Positions 41,318-52,699 of a DNA stretch of 64,000 nucleotides are shown here, piece by piece. The notes beneath the pieces are model-generated. The model was not told the origin of the DNA. It saw nothing but the letters and a program-made list of their open reading frames with translations, and did no database searches. Origin of the DNA: an uncultured Candidatus Entotheonella sp. Its GTDB lineage: Bacteria; Tectomicrobia; Entotheonellia; Entotheonellales; Entotheonellaceae. The translations under genes and the position numbers were made by a program. How positions within the stretch are numbered: position 1 is the stretch's first letter; every line of letters starts with the position of its first letter. The stretch is from the NCBI GenBank assembly GCA_965217185.1, contig OZ244252.1, positions 1,088,001-1,152,000 on the forward strand, read 5' to 3'.

Positions 41318-41414
41318 GTGGTTTCCTTTGTGAGTTGAGGGATTTCTGGAAGACGAGCGTAGACAGGAACGTGGGAATATACAACCAGGCGGCCTAAATG
41401 GAGTCAGGCGTGGT

Positions 41415-41561
41415 GGGGAGTGCCAAAAAACGGGGGATACTCAAGGGGCGTGCGGTTAAGTTTCAGGTGTCCTGTCCCAGACGACTTTAGTCTTGGGCGC
41501 CACGGCTCAATTTCCTCTCCCCACACGAATCCGCAATCGCCCACACTTTTTGGCGCTTCCC
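41415..41561. mobile_element. ~147-bp MITE, copy A
   Basis: GGGGAGTGCCAAAAA...TTTTTGGCGCTTCCC ends; homologous to 42151-42298. Confidence 0.65.
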
Positions 41562-41624
41562 TATCCTATGGTGTAAACTCTGCGCCCACAGCGTCGTACA
41601 TGTATGACAAACAAAGAGGCCGCC

Positions 41625-41843
41625 ATGTTGTCGATCCGACTTCCCGAAGAAATCGAAGCCCGACTCGAGCGCCTTGCGAAGCAGACGGGCCGGACCAAGA
41701 GCTTTTATGCTCGCGAAGCCATCCTTGAGAAAATCGAGGACATGGAAGACGTCTATCTAGCCGAACACGTGCTGGAGCGCATTCGCAAGGGGGAGGAAAA
41801 AACCCTGAGCGCGGAAGAAATGTGTCGTGGCCTGGAGGATTGA
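41625..41843 (+). CDS. RHH/CopG-type (RelB-like) antitoxin
   Basis: MLSIRLPEEIEARLERLAKQTGRTKSFYAREAI...EDVYLA. Confidence 0.88.
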   Translation: MLSIRLPEEIEARLERLAKQTGRTKSFYAREAILEKIEDMEDVYLAEHVLERIRKGEEKTLSAEEMCRGLED

Positions 41844-42092
41844 GTACGCCGAAAGCGTCCAGAAGTCCGTTCGCCGCCTGGATCGGCAGATGCAGCGACG
41901 GCTTCGGGCTTTCCTCGAGGTCCGATTGGCCGGCATGGACAATCCGCGCCAGGCATTGCGATGCAGGGGACACGGTATGGTGATCTGTGGCGTTACCGTG
42001 TCGGAAATTATCGTATCATGGCCGAGATAGATGATGAACGTATCCGTATCCTGGTCGTACGGATCGCCCATCGCAGCGATGCATACCGCTAG
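41827..42092 (+). pseudogene. relE: RelE/StbE-family toxin, frameshifted near 41950
   Basis: MAWRIEY...DNPRQ, then LWRYRVGNYRI...IAHRSDAYR* in another frame. Confidence 0.85.
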
Positions 42093-42150
42093 CAACTGCG
42101 CAGGAGGTAAAGGGTGAAGCCGCACCGAAACTGGAAGAGGCGATCTACCT

Positions 42151-42298
42151 GGAGAGTGCCAAAAAGTGGGGGCATTCAAGGTCGCACGGTTCAATTTCGG
42201 ACGCCCTGTCTCAGATACCTTCAGGCCTTGGTGTCGCGGCTCGAATTTCTCTTGCCCACACAGATCCGCAATCTCGCCCCCACTTTTTGGTACTCCCC
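42151..42298. mobile_element. ~148-bp MITE, copy B
   Basis: GGAGAGTGCCAAAAAGTGGGGGC...GCCCCCACTTTTTGGTACTCCCC inverted ends. Confidence 0.72.
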
Positions 42299-42376
42299 AT
42301 TGACGTACGTCACCAACCTCATGCGCAAGCCCGTAGCCGTGTGCCAGGCTCAAAACGCTAAGCAGGCCGCCACCAT

Positions 42377-43465
42377 ATGACTGCCAAACATCCCCCGGAA
42401 GAGGACGTACAACCCGCTGCCAGCCCCGCAAAAATGCCACAGGCGGACAGTTCGATAGGCGGGGCGTTGGCGCCTTACCAGCGCTCGAGCCGGCGCCGCG
42501 CACTCTGCCAGATCCTCACCTCGGTGCTGCCCTACGCCATGTGCTGGTACCTGATGTTCCATAGCCTGCAGTACGGCTACTGGCTGACGTGCCTGCTGGC
42601 CGTGCCGGCCGCCGGCTTTTACCTGCGGTCTTTCATGATCCTGCACGATTGCACGCACGGGTCGTTCTTTTCCTCGCGCAGGGCGAATAACGTGCTGGGG
42701 TTCGTGCTCGGCGTGCTGACGCTGGCGCCCTTCGCCTTCTGGCGCAAGACGCACCTCATCCACCATGCCACCTCCGGCGACCTCAATCGCAGGGGGTGGG
42801 GCGATGTCAAGACCCTGACCGTCAGGGAATATACCGCGCTCCCCAAGGCACGACAGCGCCTGTACCGCCTTTATCGGCACCCGCTGTTCATGTTTGGCAT
42901 TGGCGTTTTCCTGCTTTTTCTGGTGTTTCACCGCTTTCCGTGGAGGATCCCGTCGGATTGGAAGCGCGAGTGGCGCAGTGTCCATCTGACGAATGCCATG
43001 CTGGCGCTGGTCGCCGTTGTGATGGCGCTCACCATCGGTTTCACGTCCTTTCTGATGATCCTGGTCCCCATCATGCTGATTGCGTCGTGTTGCGGAGGCT
43101 TGTTGTTTTACGTGCAGCATCAATTTGAGGACACCTATTGGCGCCCGCACGACGAGTGGAATTTCCACCAAGCGGTCCTGCTGGGAAGTAGCTATCTCGA
43201 GTTGCCCCGTCTTCTGCAGTGGTTCAGCGCCAATATCGGCTTTCACCATATCCACCATCTGAGCGCGCGCATTCCCAATTACAACCTCGAGGCCTGCTTT
43301 CGAGGCATCCCTCAGGTGCAACATCCGCCGCGCATCAGACTCGGGCAGAGTTGGCGCTTGGCGTCGCTGAAGTTATGGGATGAAGAGCAACAACGACTGG
43401 TGGGTTTCAAAACGGGACGGCAAAACGGGGCCAGGCAGCCTGCCAAGCCTCTCCAGCATGCCTGA
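42377..43465 (+). CDS. Membrane fatty acid desaturase (Des-like)
   Basis: His boxes HDCTH, HLIHH, HHIHH; YVQHQFE. Confidence 0.92.
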   Translation: MTAKHPPEEDVQPAASPAKMPQADSSIGGALAPYQRSSRRRALCQILTSVLPYAMCWYLMFHSLQYGYWLTCLLAVPAAGFYLRSFMILHDCTHGSFFSSRRANNVLGFVLGVLTLAPFAFWRKTHLIHHATSGDLNRRGWGDVKTLTVREYTALPKARQRLYRLYRHPLFMFGIGVFLLFLVFHRFPWRIPSDWKREWRSVHLTNAMLALVAVVMALTIGFTSFLMILVPIMLIASCCGGLLFYVQHQFEDTYWRPHDEWNFHQAVLLGSSYLELPRLLQWFSANIGFHHIHHLSARIPNYNLEACFRGIPQVQHPPRIRLGQSWRLASLKLWDEEQQRLVGFKTGRQNGARQPAKPLQHA

Positions 43466-43913
43466 AATGTCCGGCAGGCTTATCTACGCCATGAGCCGTG
43501 CTGAGCCATCACCCTCAAAGTGGTCCATCCCGACCTTGCGGGATAAGCAAGTTATGCCTTGCCCGCGATGTTGGGCCGCTGGGTCCAAGAAAGTCTCGGC
43601 TTGGAAACTTGCCCATCGAATCAGTGGGGTTAGACGGCGTAGCCTGGAGCCCAGCTTCACGCACTTCCCGTTTAACTGGACCGGCGATGGCGGAGGCGCC
43701 TCAGGCACGGGGGTAGGCACTCTGGTTCCGAGACCGTCAGAGTGCCGCCTACCCGCATCGGACCCTCTCACAAAACGACCGTTTTCCCTTGCTCCCGCCA
43801 ATACGCCCAAATGCCCCTGAAACAGCCCAATTCCTGTTTCATCTGACCGTCTCACCTATTACAATATCAACAAGTTACTATGATGTATGAAATATGAGAC
43901 GAAGGAGTCCTGT

Positions 43914-44516
43914 ATGGGGAAGTTGATCGGCTACGCCCGGGTGAATACCGGCGACCAAGACCTGCAGTTGTAGTTGGACTCCTTGAAGACGGCAGGATGC
44001 CGTGACGATGACATCTATACGGACAAGGCATCCAGAGCTCGCGCCGGCCGGCCTGGGCTCGATTCATGTGTCGCCGTCCTGGAGCCGGGAGATACACTGG
44101 TTGTCTGGAGGCTGGACCGCCTGGGGCGCTCGATGCCGCACCTAGTGGGTCTGGTGGAGGATTTGCTGGATAAGGGCATCGGCTTTCGGTCGCTGCTCGA
44201 CGGCGCCATCGACACCACCACGGCATCCGGGGAACTCATGTTCAATATCTTCTCGAGCTTGGCGCAGTTCGAGCGACGCCTCATCCAGGAGCGGACCCAA
44301 GCTGGTCTCGCGGCTGCCCGGGCGCGGGGACGTCTCGGCGGCCGCAAACCGATCAGTCCGAACGACCCGCGCGTGGTGACCGCCAAGCGCCTGCACAAGG
44401 ATCGCAGCTTGAGCATTGATCAGATCTGCAAGACGTTGGGAATCTCCAGGCCAACGTTTTACCGATACTTGGCATTACCTGACGTCACCCGGAGAAGTCC
44501 CCCGCAGACGCCTTAG
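43914..44516 (+). pseudogene. Serine resolvase, inactivated
   Basis: GYARVN (catalytic Ser replaced by Asn) and in-frame TAG at 43971; LDRLGRS; C-terminal HTH; AT-rich res-like region upstream. Confidence 0.85.
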
Positions 44517-44633
44517 GGCAACTTCCTCCTCGCTTCCAAAGGTTAACTTTACGACCATGTCGCTTGGGTGCACCAAGCGTTGGCAGTTCATAAAATATAC
44601 TAAGGTGCATTCCGCAACAGACGTTGGTCCTAG

Positions 44634-44887
44634 GGCCTGTTGACATTCACGCGATTGCCAAGCACGGACTGACTCCATGAATCACGACAACGTATTGATA
44701 TTATATGATTTACTAATCTGAACATCGCACCTGAACAGATCCGAAATCAGCGTCTCGAAGTTCCAATCCCTCAAGCAAGAGGCCGATACCAAGACAAGCA
44801 TAGTGCTGGTTTCTGGCGTCCCCATTCACTCCTGTGCCAAACTGGCGACTCATACGACCGTATCTTTTCTATGAATGTCAACAGGCC
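44634..44887. mobile_element. 254-bp MITE
   Basis: Perfect TIR GGCCTGTTGACATTCA; CTAG duplicated at 44630 and 44888. Confidence 0.88.
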
Positions 44888-45029
44888 CTAGTTCCCTGCG
44901 TTGTGGGAGGGGGTGAGGCAGCGGCACCGCGAAAGCCGACGGCAACAGCTATCCCTCATTCGCCTACCGCTACCGCGCCAGTTGCCGCCTCTACTCCAAT
45001 GATTGTCACGGGCCTTCTATGACTCGTAC

Positions 45030-46525
45030 GAGCCACTTGCAGAATTGCGTGTACGAGTGGGATTTTCTTTCTCCGTGTCAAGCGCGGGGCAGGCTCTGGG
45101 GCTGATTGGTGGACATTGGGGCCGCTTTCTGATTCTGTTGAGTTGTCAAACAACCGAATCAGGAGGAACGACCCCAATGGCCTTACGTGAGATACTATCG
45201 AGTTACTGGTCTTGCTTTCAAGCGCTGCTGTTCCCGCAGCTTGAGGAAACGATCGGGGCGCTGGGGGAACGCCATCAGCGCTTCGTCATGGTGCTCGAAT
45301 GGGTGCGGGTGGAAACGCTGCTGCCGTACCAGCACCGGCGTCGCGGCTGTCCGCCAAGTGACCGCGCGGCCTTAGCCCGCGCCTTCATCGCCAAGGCCGT
45401 CTTCGCGCTGGTTAGCACCCGGATGTTGCTTGATCGTCTGCGCCACGACAGCACCCTGCGCCGGTTGTGCGGCTGGCGTAGCGTCAAGCACATTCCGAGC
45501 GAGGCGACGTTTTCACGTGCCTTTGCCGAATTTGCCGACAGCGCCTTGCCGAGCCACCTGCACGAGGCGCTGATCAAACGCACCCAGGGTGAGCGTCTGG
45601 CAGGCCATATTTCACGCGATTCGACGGCGATTGAAGGGCGCGAGAGACCGACCCCGAAGGCGCCGCAGCCGGCCAAGCCGAAGCGGCGGCGCGGGCGTCC
45701 GCGCAAGGGCGAGGAGCGCCCCACGGAGCCGCGCCGTCTGGAGCGCCAGCGCAACATGACCCTGCCGGAGATGCTCGCCGACTTGCCGTACGCCTGTGAC
45801 ATTGGCGTCAAGCGCGACGCCAAGGGCTATCAGACGTCATGGAGCGGCTACAAGTTGCATATTGACGCGGCCGACGGCGCCATCCCGGTCAGTTGCCTGC
45901 TTACCTCGGCGTCGCTGCACGACAGCCAAGTCGCCATCCCGCTGGCGACCCTGACGGCGGAGCGAGTCCGCAACCTGTATGACCTGATGGACAGCGCCTA
46001 CGATGCCCCGGAAATCCGCGCCCACAGCCGCGCCCTGGGTCATGTTGCGATCATCGACGTCAACCCCCGCAGCGGCGCGCGCAAGCAGGCGCTGCGGCAG
46101 GAGAGGCAGGCACGGCGTGCCTGTGGGTTGGTCCTGTCTGAGGAGAGACGTTACCACGAACGCTCGACCGTCGAGCGCGTCAATGGTCGCCTCAAGGATG
46201 AATTCGGAGGTCGCAGCGTGCGCGTGCGCGGCCATGCCAAGGTGCTGTGTCATCTGATGTTCGGGATTGTGGCGCTCACGGTTGATCAGTTGATGCGCTT
46301 GGTGACCTGAAGCTGGTCTCGCGGCCCCGTTTCCTCCATCCCGGCACACGCTGCTGTCCTGTACGCAGGGGGGAGAGTTGCGTCCGCATCGCAAGACGGG
46401 AGCCGGAACTCGGCACCGCCATGGCTGAATTCGTGGCAATTGGAACCACCGACGGCAAATGATTCACCGTACGGTCTCATGACAACCGCTCCGAGGCCAA
46501 ACTAGCGGAGTTTTGCAAGTGGCTC
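45030..46525 (+). mobile_element. IS1182/IS5-like IS, copy 3 (1496 bp; transposase 45177-46310)
   Basis: TIR GAGCCACTTGCA; 4-bp TSD GTAC. Confidence 0.9.
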
Positions 46526-46559
46526 GTACGAAAACAGATTCTCAGAACGGGACATCACA

Positions 46560-47723
46560 CTACATCAACCCGAAGCTGAGGAACCCGTCTGGGGGGAACA
46601 AGTCGTAGACGCGCCTGCCGACGAGGTCCTTCAACGTCTCGGTCGCACCACCGCCGAGCGTGCCGTAACGCGCGCCGCGGTAGAAGTGAGAGACCGGGAA
46701 TTCATCGGTGAAGCCATAGCCGCCGTGGACCTGCAGCGCGTCGCTGGTGACTTTGATGGCCATCTCGTTGACCTGCATCTTGGCGATCGCCGCAAGATAG
46801 GGATCCGGGAAGGGATCGGCCGAGGCGGCGGCGCGGTAGAGAATCGAGCGGCTCACCTCGATCTCGCGCGCCATGTCGGCGATGTGCCAGCGCATCCCCT
46901 GCATCGTGCCGGTCGGCCGCCCCTTGATCGTGCGGTGACGCACGTATTTCACCGCTTCCTCGAAGGCCCCTTCGGCGAGACCGAGCGACACCGAGGGATT
47001 CATGCAGCGCTGGGTGTTGAAAGCGGTCAGCAGCTTTTTCATCCCGTCGCGCTCGATGATAAGGTTTTCGCGCGGTAACTCCATGTCGCGGAACTGAATC
47101 TCGGCCAAGTTCTCGCCGCCCATGGTGTGATACCGCGCCGTCACCTCGAAGCCCGGCGTCGACGGGTCGACCAGAACGCAGCCGATGCCTTCGGCTCCAG
47201 GGACGTTGTCGACGCGGGTGAACACGATAAAGCAGTGCGCCTCGTCCGCGCGAGAGATCAGGGTCTTGGTGCCGTTCAGCACCACAGTGTCGCCCTTGAT
47301 CACCGTGTTGGTCTTGTAATTGGAGACATCAGTACCGGCATGCGGCTCGGTCATGCAGATCGCCAAAATCACCTTGTTGGTGATGACGCCTGGCAGAAAT
47401 TTCTCTTGGACATGCTTCGGGGCGTAATTGGCGATGATCCGGTTCTGCGCGCCCATCGCACTCATCGCCGCCATCGCGGTAACGTAGCAGACCTTGGCCA
47501 CTTCCTCGAGCACCAGTACGCAGTCAAGCACCGGCAGGCCCATGCCGCCGAATTCCTCGGGCACGGCCATGCCCAGAACGCCGATCTCGGCCAGATCTTC
47601 CAGGTTCTCATAGGGGAAGGTGCCATCCTGCCACTTCTTGACGCGAACCTTGAATTTCTCCTGCGCCAGCTGCCGGACAGTGCCGACCATGGCGCGTTGG
47701 TCGTCGGTTAGTTCAAGCTTCAT
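46560..47723 (-). CDS. Acyl-CoA dehydrogenase
   Basis: CMTEPHAGTD, LNGTKTLIS, QVHGGYGF. Confidence 0.92.
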   Translation of the reverse strand: MKLELTDDQRAMVGTVRQLAQEKFKVRVKKWQDGTFPYENLEDLAEIGVLGMAVPEEFGGMGLPVLDCVLVLEEVAKVCYVTAMAAMSAMGAQNRIIANYAPKHVQEKFLPGVITNKVILAICMTEPHAGTDVSNYKTNTVIKGDTVVLNGTKTLISRADEAHCFIVFTRVDNVPGAEGIGCVLVDPSTPGFEVTARYHTMGGENLAEIQFRDMELPRENLIIERDGMKKLLTAFNTQRCMNPSVSLGLAEGAFEEAVKYVRHRTIKGRPTGTMQGMRWHIADMAREIEVSRSILYRAAASADPFPDPYLAAIAKMQVNEMAIKVTSDALQVHGGYGFTDEFPVSHFYRGARYGTLGGGATETLKDLVGRRVYDLFPPDGFLSFGLM

Positions 47724-47741
47724 GTCTCTTCTTTCGTGCGT

Positions 47742-48200
47742 TCAGTCGAATACGGGTTGGCGGCGTTCCGCGAAGGCGGTGAGCCCCTCCTTGTAGTCGT
47801 CGGATTTCAGCATCTCGACGATATGGGCGCGCTCTATCTCAAGCCCCTCGTCGAGCGTTTTCTCGATACCGCGGTAGACCGCATCCTTCAGCCGGGCCGC
47901 CGTGCGGCGGGACCGCATTGCAACGGTTTCCGCGAATTCCATCACGCGGTCCATGAACGCCTCTACCGGCACCACGTCGTTCACGAGCCCCCATTCGGCG
48001 GTCTTCTCGGTTATGAGGGCTCAGCAGTGTACATCGTCTCCAGCGCGCGCGCCGTTCCGATGAGCCGCGGCAGGCGTTGCGTGCCCCCTGCCCCAGGCAT
48101 GGCACCGATGCGCGCTTCGGTAAGGCCGAGCTTGACGCCTGCCGCGGCGAAACGCACATCGCAGGCAAGCGAGATTTCCACTCCGCCGCCCATGGCATGG
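47742..48200 (-). pseudogene. Enoyl-CoA hydratase remnant (N-terminally truncated, frameshift near 48015)
   Basis: GGGVEISLACD, PGAGGTQRLPRLIG; EWGLVN...EGLTAFAERRQPVF in another frame. Confidence 0.85.
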
Positions 48201-48596
48201 CTCATCAAAAGACGCCGGCCGCCCACTGCGCTGATCCCGGACACGCAATACTTCGATCCGGTCATCAACGCCTCGGCAGATGAAAGACAGCGGCGTGCGC
48301 GGGATCGAGAGAGTTCTCGCGCACCCTCCATCTCTTCGACCGGACGGTCCACCAAGGGGTTATCACGGATAACGCCGCAGGTCCTGCCATACAGGTCGGT
48401 TGAATCGATTTGTCGAATCCCGGCCCGCAAGCAGTGCCACCTCACGATCATGCCAAGCAGGTGTCCGTATAAGGTCCCTCTCTTGCAAATTTCACCGTAC
48501 CATGTAAATGATACATGCAGCAGGATCGTTTTCCGGACCTTCGACACGGCAATACGATGTTACGTTGAACCCCACCTCTTACGGACACCCCAGCAG

Positions 48597-49176
48597 ATGA
48601 GCAACCCTGATCGGCTACGCGCGTTGTTCCACGGACAAGCAGGACCTGACGGCGCAGAGACAGGCGCTCGCCGAGTTCGGTGTCGCATCGGATCGCATCT
48701 ACATGGACAAGGGCCTGACCGGCACCAACCGCGCCCGGCCCGGTCTGGATCAGGCCATGGCCGCAGTGCGCAAGGGCGACACCCTGGTGGTGCCAAAACT
48801 GGACCGCTTGGCAAGATCGGTTCCCGATGCCCGGCACATCGCGGATCAACTACAGGCCAAGGGGGTGAAGCTCGCCCTGGGCAGCAATATCCATGATCCC
48901 AGCGACCCGATGGGCAAGATGTTTTTCAATATCCTGGCCATCTTCGCCGAGTTCGAGGCCGACCTCATTCGTATGCGCACGCGTGAAGGGATGGCCATCG
49001 CCCGCGCCAAGGGCAAGTTGCGGGGCAAGCAACCCAAGCTCTCCGACAAGCAGCAACGGGAACTCTGCCGCATGCACGCCACCGGCGACTATTCCATCGG
49101 CGATCTGGCGGAAGTTTTCGCCGTATCGAGGCCGACCGTCTACCGGACGCTCAACCGCGCCGCTGCTTCTTCATGA
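48597..49176 (+). pseudogene. Serine resolvase with ATG out of frame (or a non-canonical start)
   Basis: LIGYARCSTDKQ, KLDRLARS, HTH; upstream inverted repeat GTGTCCGTA...TACGGACAC. Confidence 0.75.
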
Positions 49177-50073
49177 ATCGATCCCTACCGGTGCCATGTC
49201 GCGCCAAAAGAATCATGCCATTTGGCGTTGAAGATCAGGCTGCGGGAATACGGGGATGTCTTGTAAAACGGCCGGAAACCGTTGCCGAACTCTGAGCCCA
49301 TAAACTTTCAATTCCATCACCCTCCTGCATAGGTCGGTGCTTCTTGCCTTCTCTTGCCGATTCGGGGTCACGTCGGCTATCTTTATCGCCCCATCACTAC
49401 AACCCGCTGGCTAGCAGCGTATCGGCGCGCTCGCTGGACCAACTGCTGGCATACTGTCAGGCTCAGGTGCGACTGGGACTACGGACATACGGAACAAGCG
49501 CCAGGACGTACGTAGGCAGACGAGCTACGAGAAGCGGAAGGCAGCACAACGGGAAACAAGAAAAGGCAGTGAGCGAGTGAGCCAGACCTGTAAACCAGTT
49601 CACGATTGGAAGATGCCGGAGATCGGCGACATCGGCCTAAAATGCCAGAGGTGCGGGACATTTTCGGCTTCTCAGCGATGTCGGAAGGAATGCGAGTAGC
49701 CATCACACGTGCGCGTTATAAACACTACGTGGAGGGCCAGGAGTTCGAGGAGGCATTTGACGCCCATACGATGCCGACCGTGAGACCGGTCGATGGGAGC
49801 CCCCCCCCGCGTAAGGAGTTGTCGGCAGAGGAGATCGCCAGGCAAATACAGAAGCAAGCGCACCGCGAAAAGTGAGGGGAGCAATGAGCGAACAAAGCAC
49901 CAACGCCCCTCCGTATTGGGTCAACGGCCGCAAAGTGACGAATCGCTTCCCCAAATAAATTGCCGTTTCTCTCTGGCTGAATACCCACTTTAAGGGTGTC
50001 GCCGTAGAGCACCCGCGCCGGACCCGGCAGCGCTGCGGGGCCACGGGCGATCCGAACCAACTCCTTAATCTTA

Positions 50074-51029
50074 GAGTCTGATCCATAAGTCGTGAGTGGT
50101 CCCGACATGTGGTATTCCGAGTTGATTGCAACATCAGCCTTGGAGGACCCCATGCCTTGGAACAGGACCACTCGTAAGGATTATAAACGTGACGGCAGAC
50201 GCTACGAAAGCGACGTGACAGACAAAGAATGGGCGACCATTGAACCCATGATCCCCAAGCAGGGACGCTTGGGGCGTCCACGCCAGACAGATCTGCGCGA
50301 GGTCTTCAATGCCGTCGAGTATGTGCTGGCCACGGGATGCCAGTGGCGGGTGCTGCCGCGAGACTTTCCGCCCCATTCTACGGTCATGAAGTACTTTTAC
50401 AGGTGGCAAGGCAGCGGTGTTTTCGACCGCATGATGGATGCGCTTCGTGATCTTGCGCGGGCTGAGGCAGGTCGCGGGCCTGAGCCGACAGCGGCGATTA
50501 TCGACAGCCAACGTGTGAAGACGACGGAGAGTGGGGGGCCGCGCGGTTATGATGGCGGCAAGAAGGTTGTGGGCCGCAAGCGCCATATCGCAGTTGACGT
50601 CGAAGGCTCTCCGATCGTGGTTGATGTCCACGCGGCGTCGGTGCAGGACCGCGACGGTGCCCCGGCTGTGATTATGGCGCTCCTTGAGGTGGCTGTGTGT
50701 GTCGAGAGGCTCTTTGCCGATAGTGGCTATGCGGGTCCGAAGCTCCAGGATGCGTTGAAAGAATTGGGTGTATCGGAGCTGATTGAGATCGTGCCCAAGC
50801 CCAAGGGCGCCAGGGTTTACGGTTTTGTCGCGTCGTTGGGTAGTAGAACGAACGTTTGCGTGGATGGGTCGTTACCGCCGTCTTGCAAAGGACGTGGAGC
50901 GGACCCTGGCATGTTCTCTAGCCTGGGTGAAGCTGGCCGGATGCCGCTTCATGATGCGACGGGTCGCTCGGCACCAGAACCTGAGACATTCTGCGGATAT
51001 CGCCGCCTGATGACTTATGGATCAGACTC
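50074..51029 (+). mobile_element. IS5-family (IS1031-group) element; transposase from 50152, frameshifted near 50810
   Basis: [52 protein letters not shown] in a shifted frame. Confidence 0.9.
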
Positions 51030-51154
51030 TTAGGCCCCCGTACCCCTCAAGAGGCGAAGACCCACGGCCGTTCGCAGGACCAGCACAGCACTATGTGTGG
51101 ACAGAGACACCGTTCATTGGTTCTTGTATCTCCTTACTCGCTCAAACCAATCGC

Positions 51155-52350
51155 TCACAAGTTCAACTCACTCTCAAGCTTACTCACTTCTGGAGCCACG
51201 TAATTGACCTTTCCACTCTTGTCGTGGCGTTTTGCCCACTGTGAAATACGACTGTAGCTTGCCTGGAATTCCCTGTTGTCTTCGTTGGAGAATTGGACAA
51301 GTCCTCTCACCATCGCGGGCCGCACTTCGAGCCCGCCTTCAGAGACGATAGGCCCGACGAGTTCCTGGCTGAAAATTCGTTCCCATGTCTCCGAGAGATT
51401 CCCTGACCAGACGGCAACCTCTGTCTCGTAACGATCCTGCTCCCAATCTGGAGATTCTCTCTTGATTCTAGCGAAGTCTTCCCGGAGCACTCCGAATCGT
51501 TCAGCCACGTCCTTGGCCTTCCAGGGGTGTTTCATGCTGCACATACCTGGCTTGCGGTCTCCCCCGCGGCTCTTTGCTACCGATCGATCAGTTACACCGA
51601 CCCCTTTTCCGTTCGCCTCTCGCTTGAGAACTGCAACTAAAGACACGTCGTGGGTGAACACGACGATTTGTCGATCCTGCCCCAGTTCAACGAGTCGGTT
51701 TGCCACCAGTTCCCGTCGTACGTGGTCCAGTGAACTCACGGGGTCATCTAGGATGAGTGCGGACTTCGAGGCGTCCAGATACGCCTCCGTAAAGAAGGCG
51801 GCCAAACCAAGAGCCGTCTTCTCTCCTTCGCTAGAAACCTCCGGCAGTGTGACATGCTGGCGTGCACCCACAAGCTTTGGCAGATGCAGCAAGGCCGTTC
51901 GCTCGGCGCGCGTTTTGGCAATCGTAACCCTCTCGAGCTGTAAACGATCCGTCTCCCGGGTGAATCGATCGCGAATGACCTCGGTAACTTCCGCTGCGGA
52001 TAGCTCGGAGACCTTTCTCGTGATCGCCCCCGTCGCAGCACTGTTCTTAATGTCTTCCAACTTTGCGCGGATTCTTAGCCGTTTGATCTCTTCGACAATA
52101 ACACGGCGTTGGTTTCTCATTGCCCCGAGTAGTTCGCTCTCCATCCTCCTCTTAGTGGTTAAACGGAGACGGTTTTTTGCGGCCTCGGGGTCGGCGAGTT
52201 CCAGCGCATCCGCCCTCGCCTGAACGGCGGCCTCACGAAACCGTACTACCAACGAAGCACACTCAAATTCGACACCAGGGAAATCACCGTAGTCGGAAAG
52301 TGCCTTGACGAGTTCAGTTCGCACGTTATCTGCTACGGACAATGTCGATC
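51155..52350 (-). pseudogene. C-terminal half of an SMC/RloC-like ABC ATPase
   Basis: SEGEKTAL signature, LILDDPVSSLD Walker B/D-loop, VFTHD; no Walker A; abuts the integrase relic. Confidence 0.75.
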
Positions 52351-52364
52351 GCGTCTCGGATACA

Positions 52365-52541
52365 AGCTTCGAATTCCATAGTCTGCGCCGCAGCGCAGCC
52401 CGAAACATGTCCCTGCAGGGCATTCCCGAGAAGGTAATCATGTCGATCATGGGTCACAAGACACGCGTGATGTTCGACCGTTACAACATAATCACCGAGT
52501 CGGACCAGCGCGAGTATGCGAAGCGGCTATTCGGGCCGTAA
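52365..52541 (+). pseudogene. Tyrosine integrase C-terminal remnant
   Basis: FHSLRRSAARN...IMGHKT..MFDRY catalytic box II. Confidence 0.85.
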
Positions 52542-52699
52542 CACGGACAATGAGGCGGACAATCTGCTAGTTGCAGCTGGCAGATGGTTGATTCATAAGG
52601 GGTTATGGGTTTCTGTGATTACATGCACAATGAAACACTCCAGCACATGGTTTTCGAGGCTGAAGACATCGCCGATTTACGACAATAGGAGATACGCTT

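Larger units (their letters stand above)
30998..52638. mobile_element. Decayed tyrosine-integrase genomic island
   Basis: Core repeat TGCACAATGRAACAC (14/15) at 30998 and 52624; 26-bp arm-like repeat (23/26) at 31110 and 52540; integrase C-terminal relic next to the right end. Confidence 0.7.

Noticed and set aside
41415..42298. Integron attC sites around the TA module
   Set aside because: No RYYYAAC/GTTRRRY ends and no intI; the ends are IS-like TIRs
43484..43855. Possible Tn3 transposase N-terminal relic or ORF
   Set aside because: Too degenerate to support by eye
43971..43973. In-frame TAG in the resolvase as pyrrolysine or readthrough
   Set aside because: The catalytic Ser is also mutated (YARVN) and the gene lies in a decaying island; simple pseudogenisation explains it
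35735..46525. Composite transposon formed by IS copies 2 and 3
   Set aside because: Copy 3 has its own GTAC TSD on both sides, so it inserted independently
49568..50070. Small phage-like ORFs with a CxxC motif
   Set aside because: Broken by a frameshift, a stop and an IS; no recognisable family
50800..50825. Programmed frameshift in the IS1031-like transposase
   Set aside because: No slippery A-run; it looks like a single-base deletion or sequencing error
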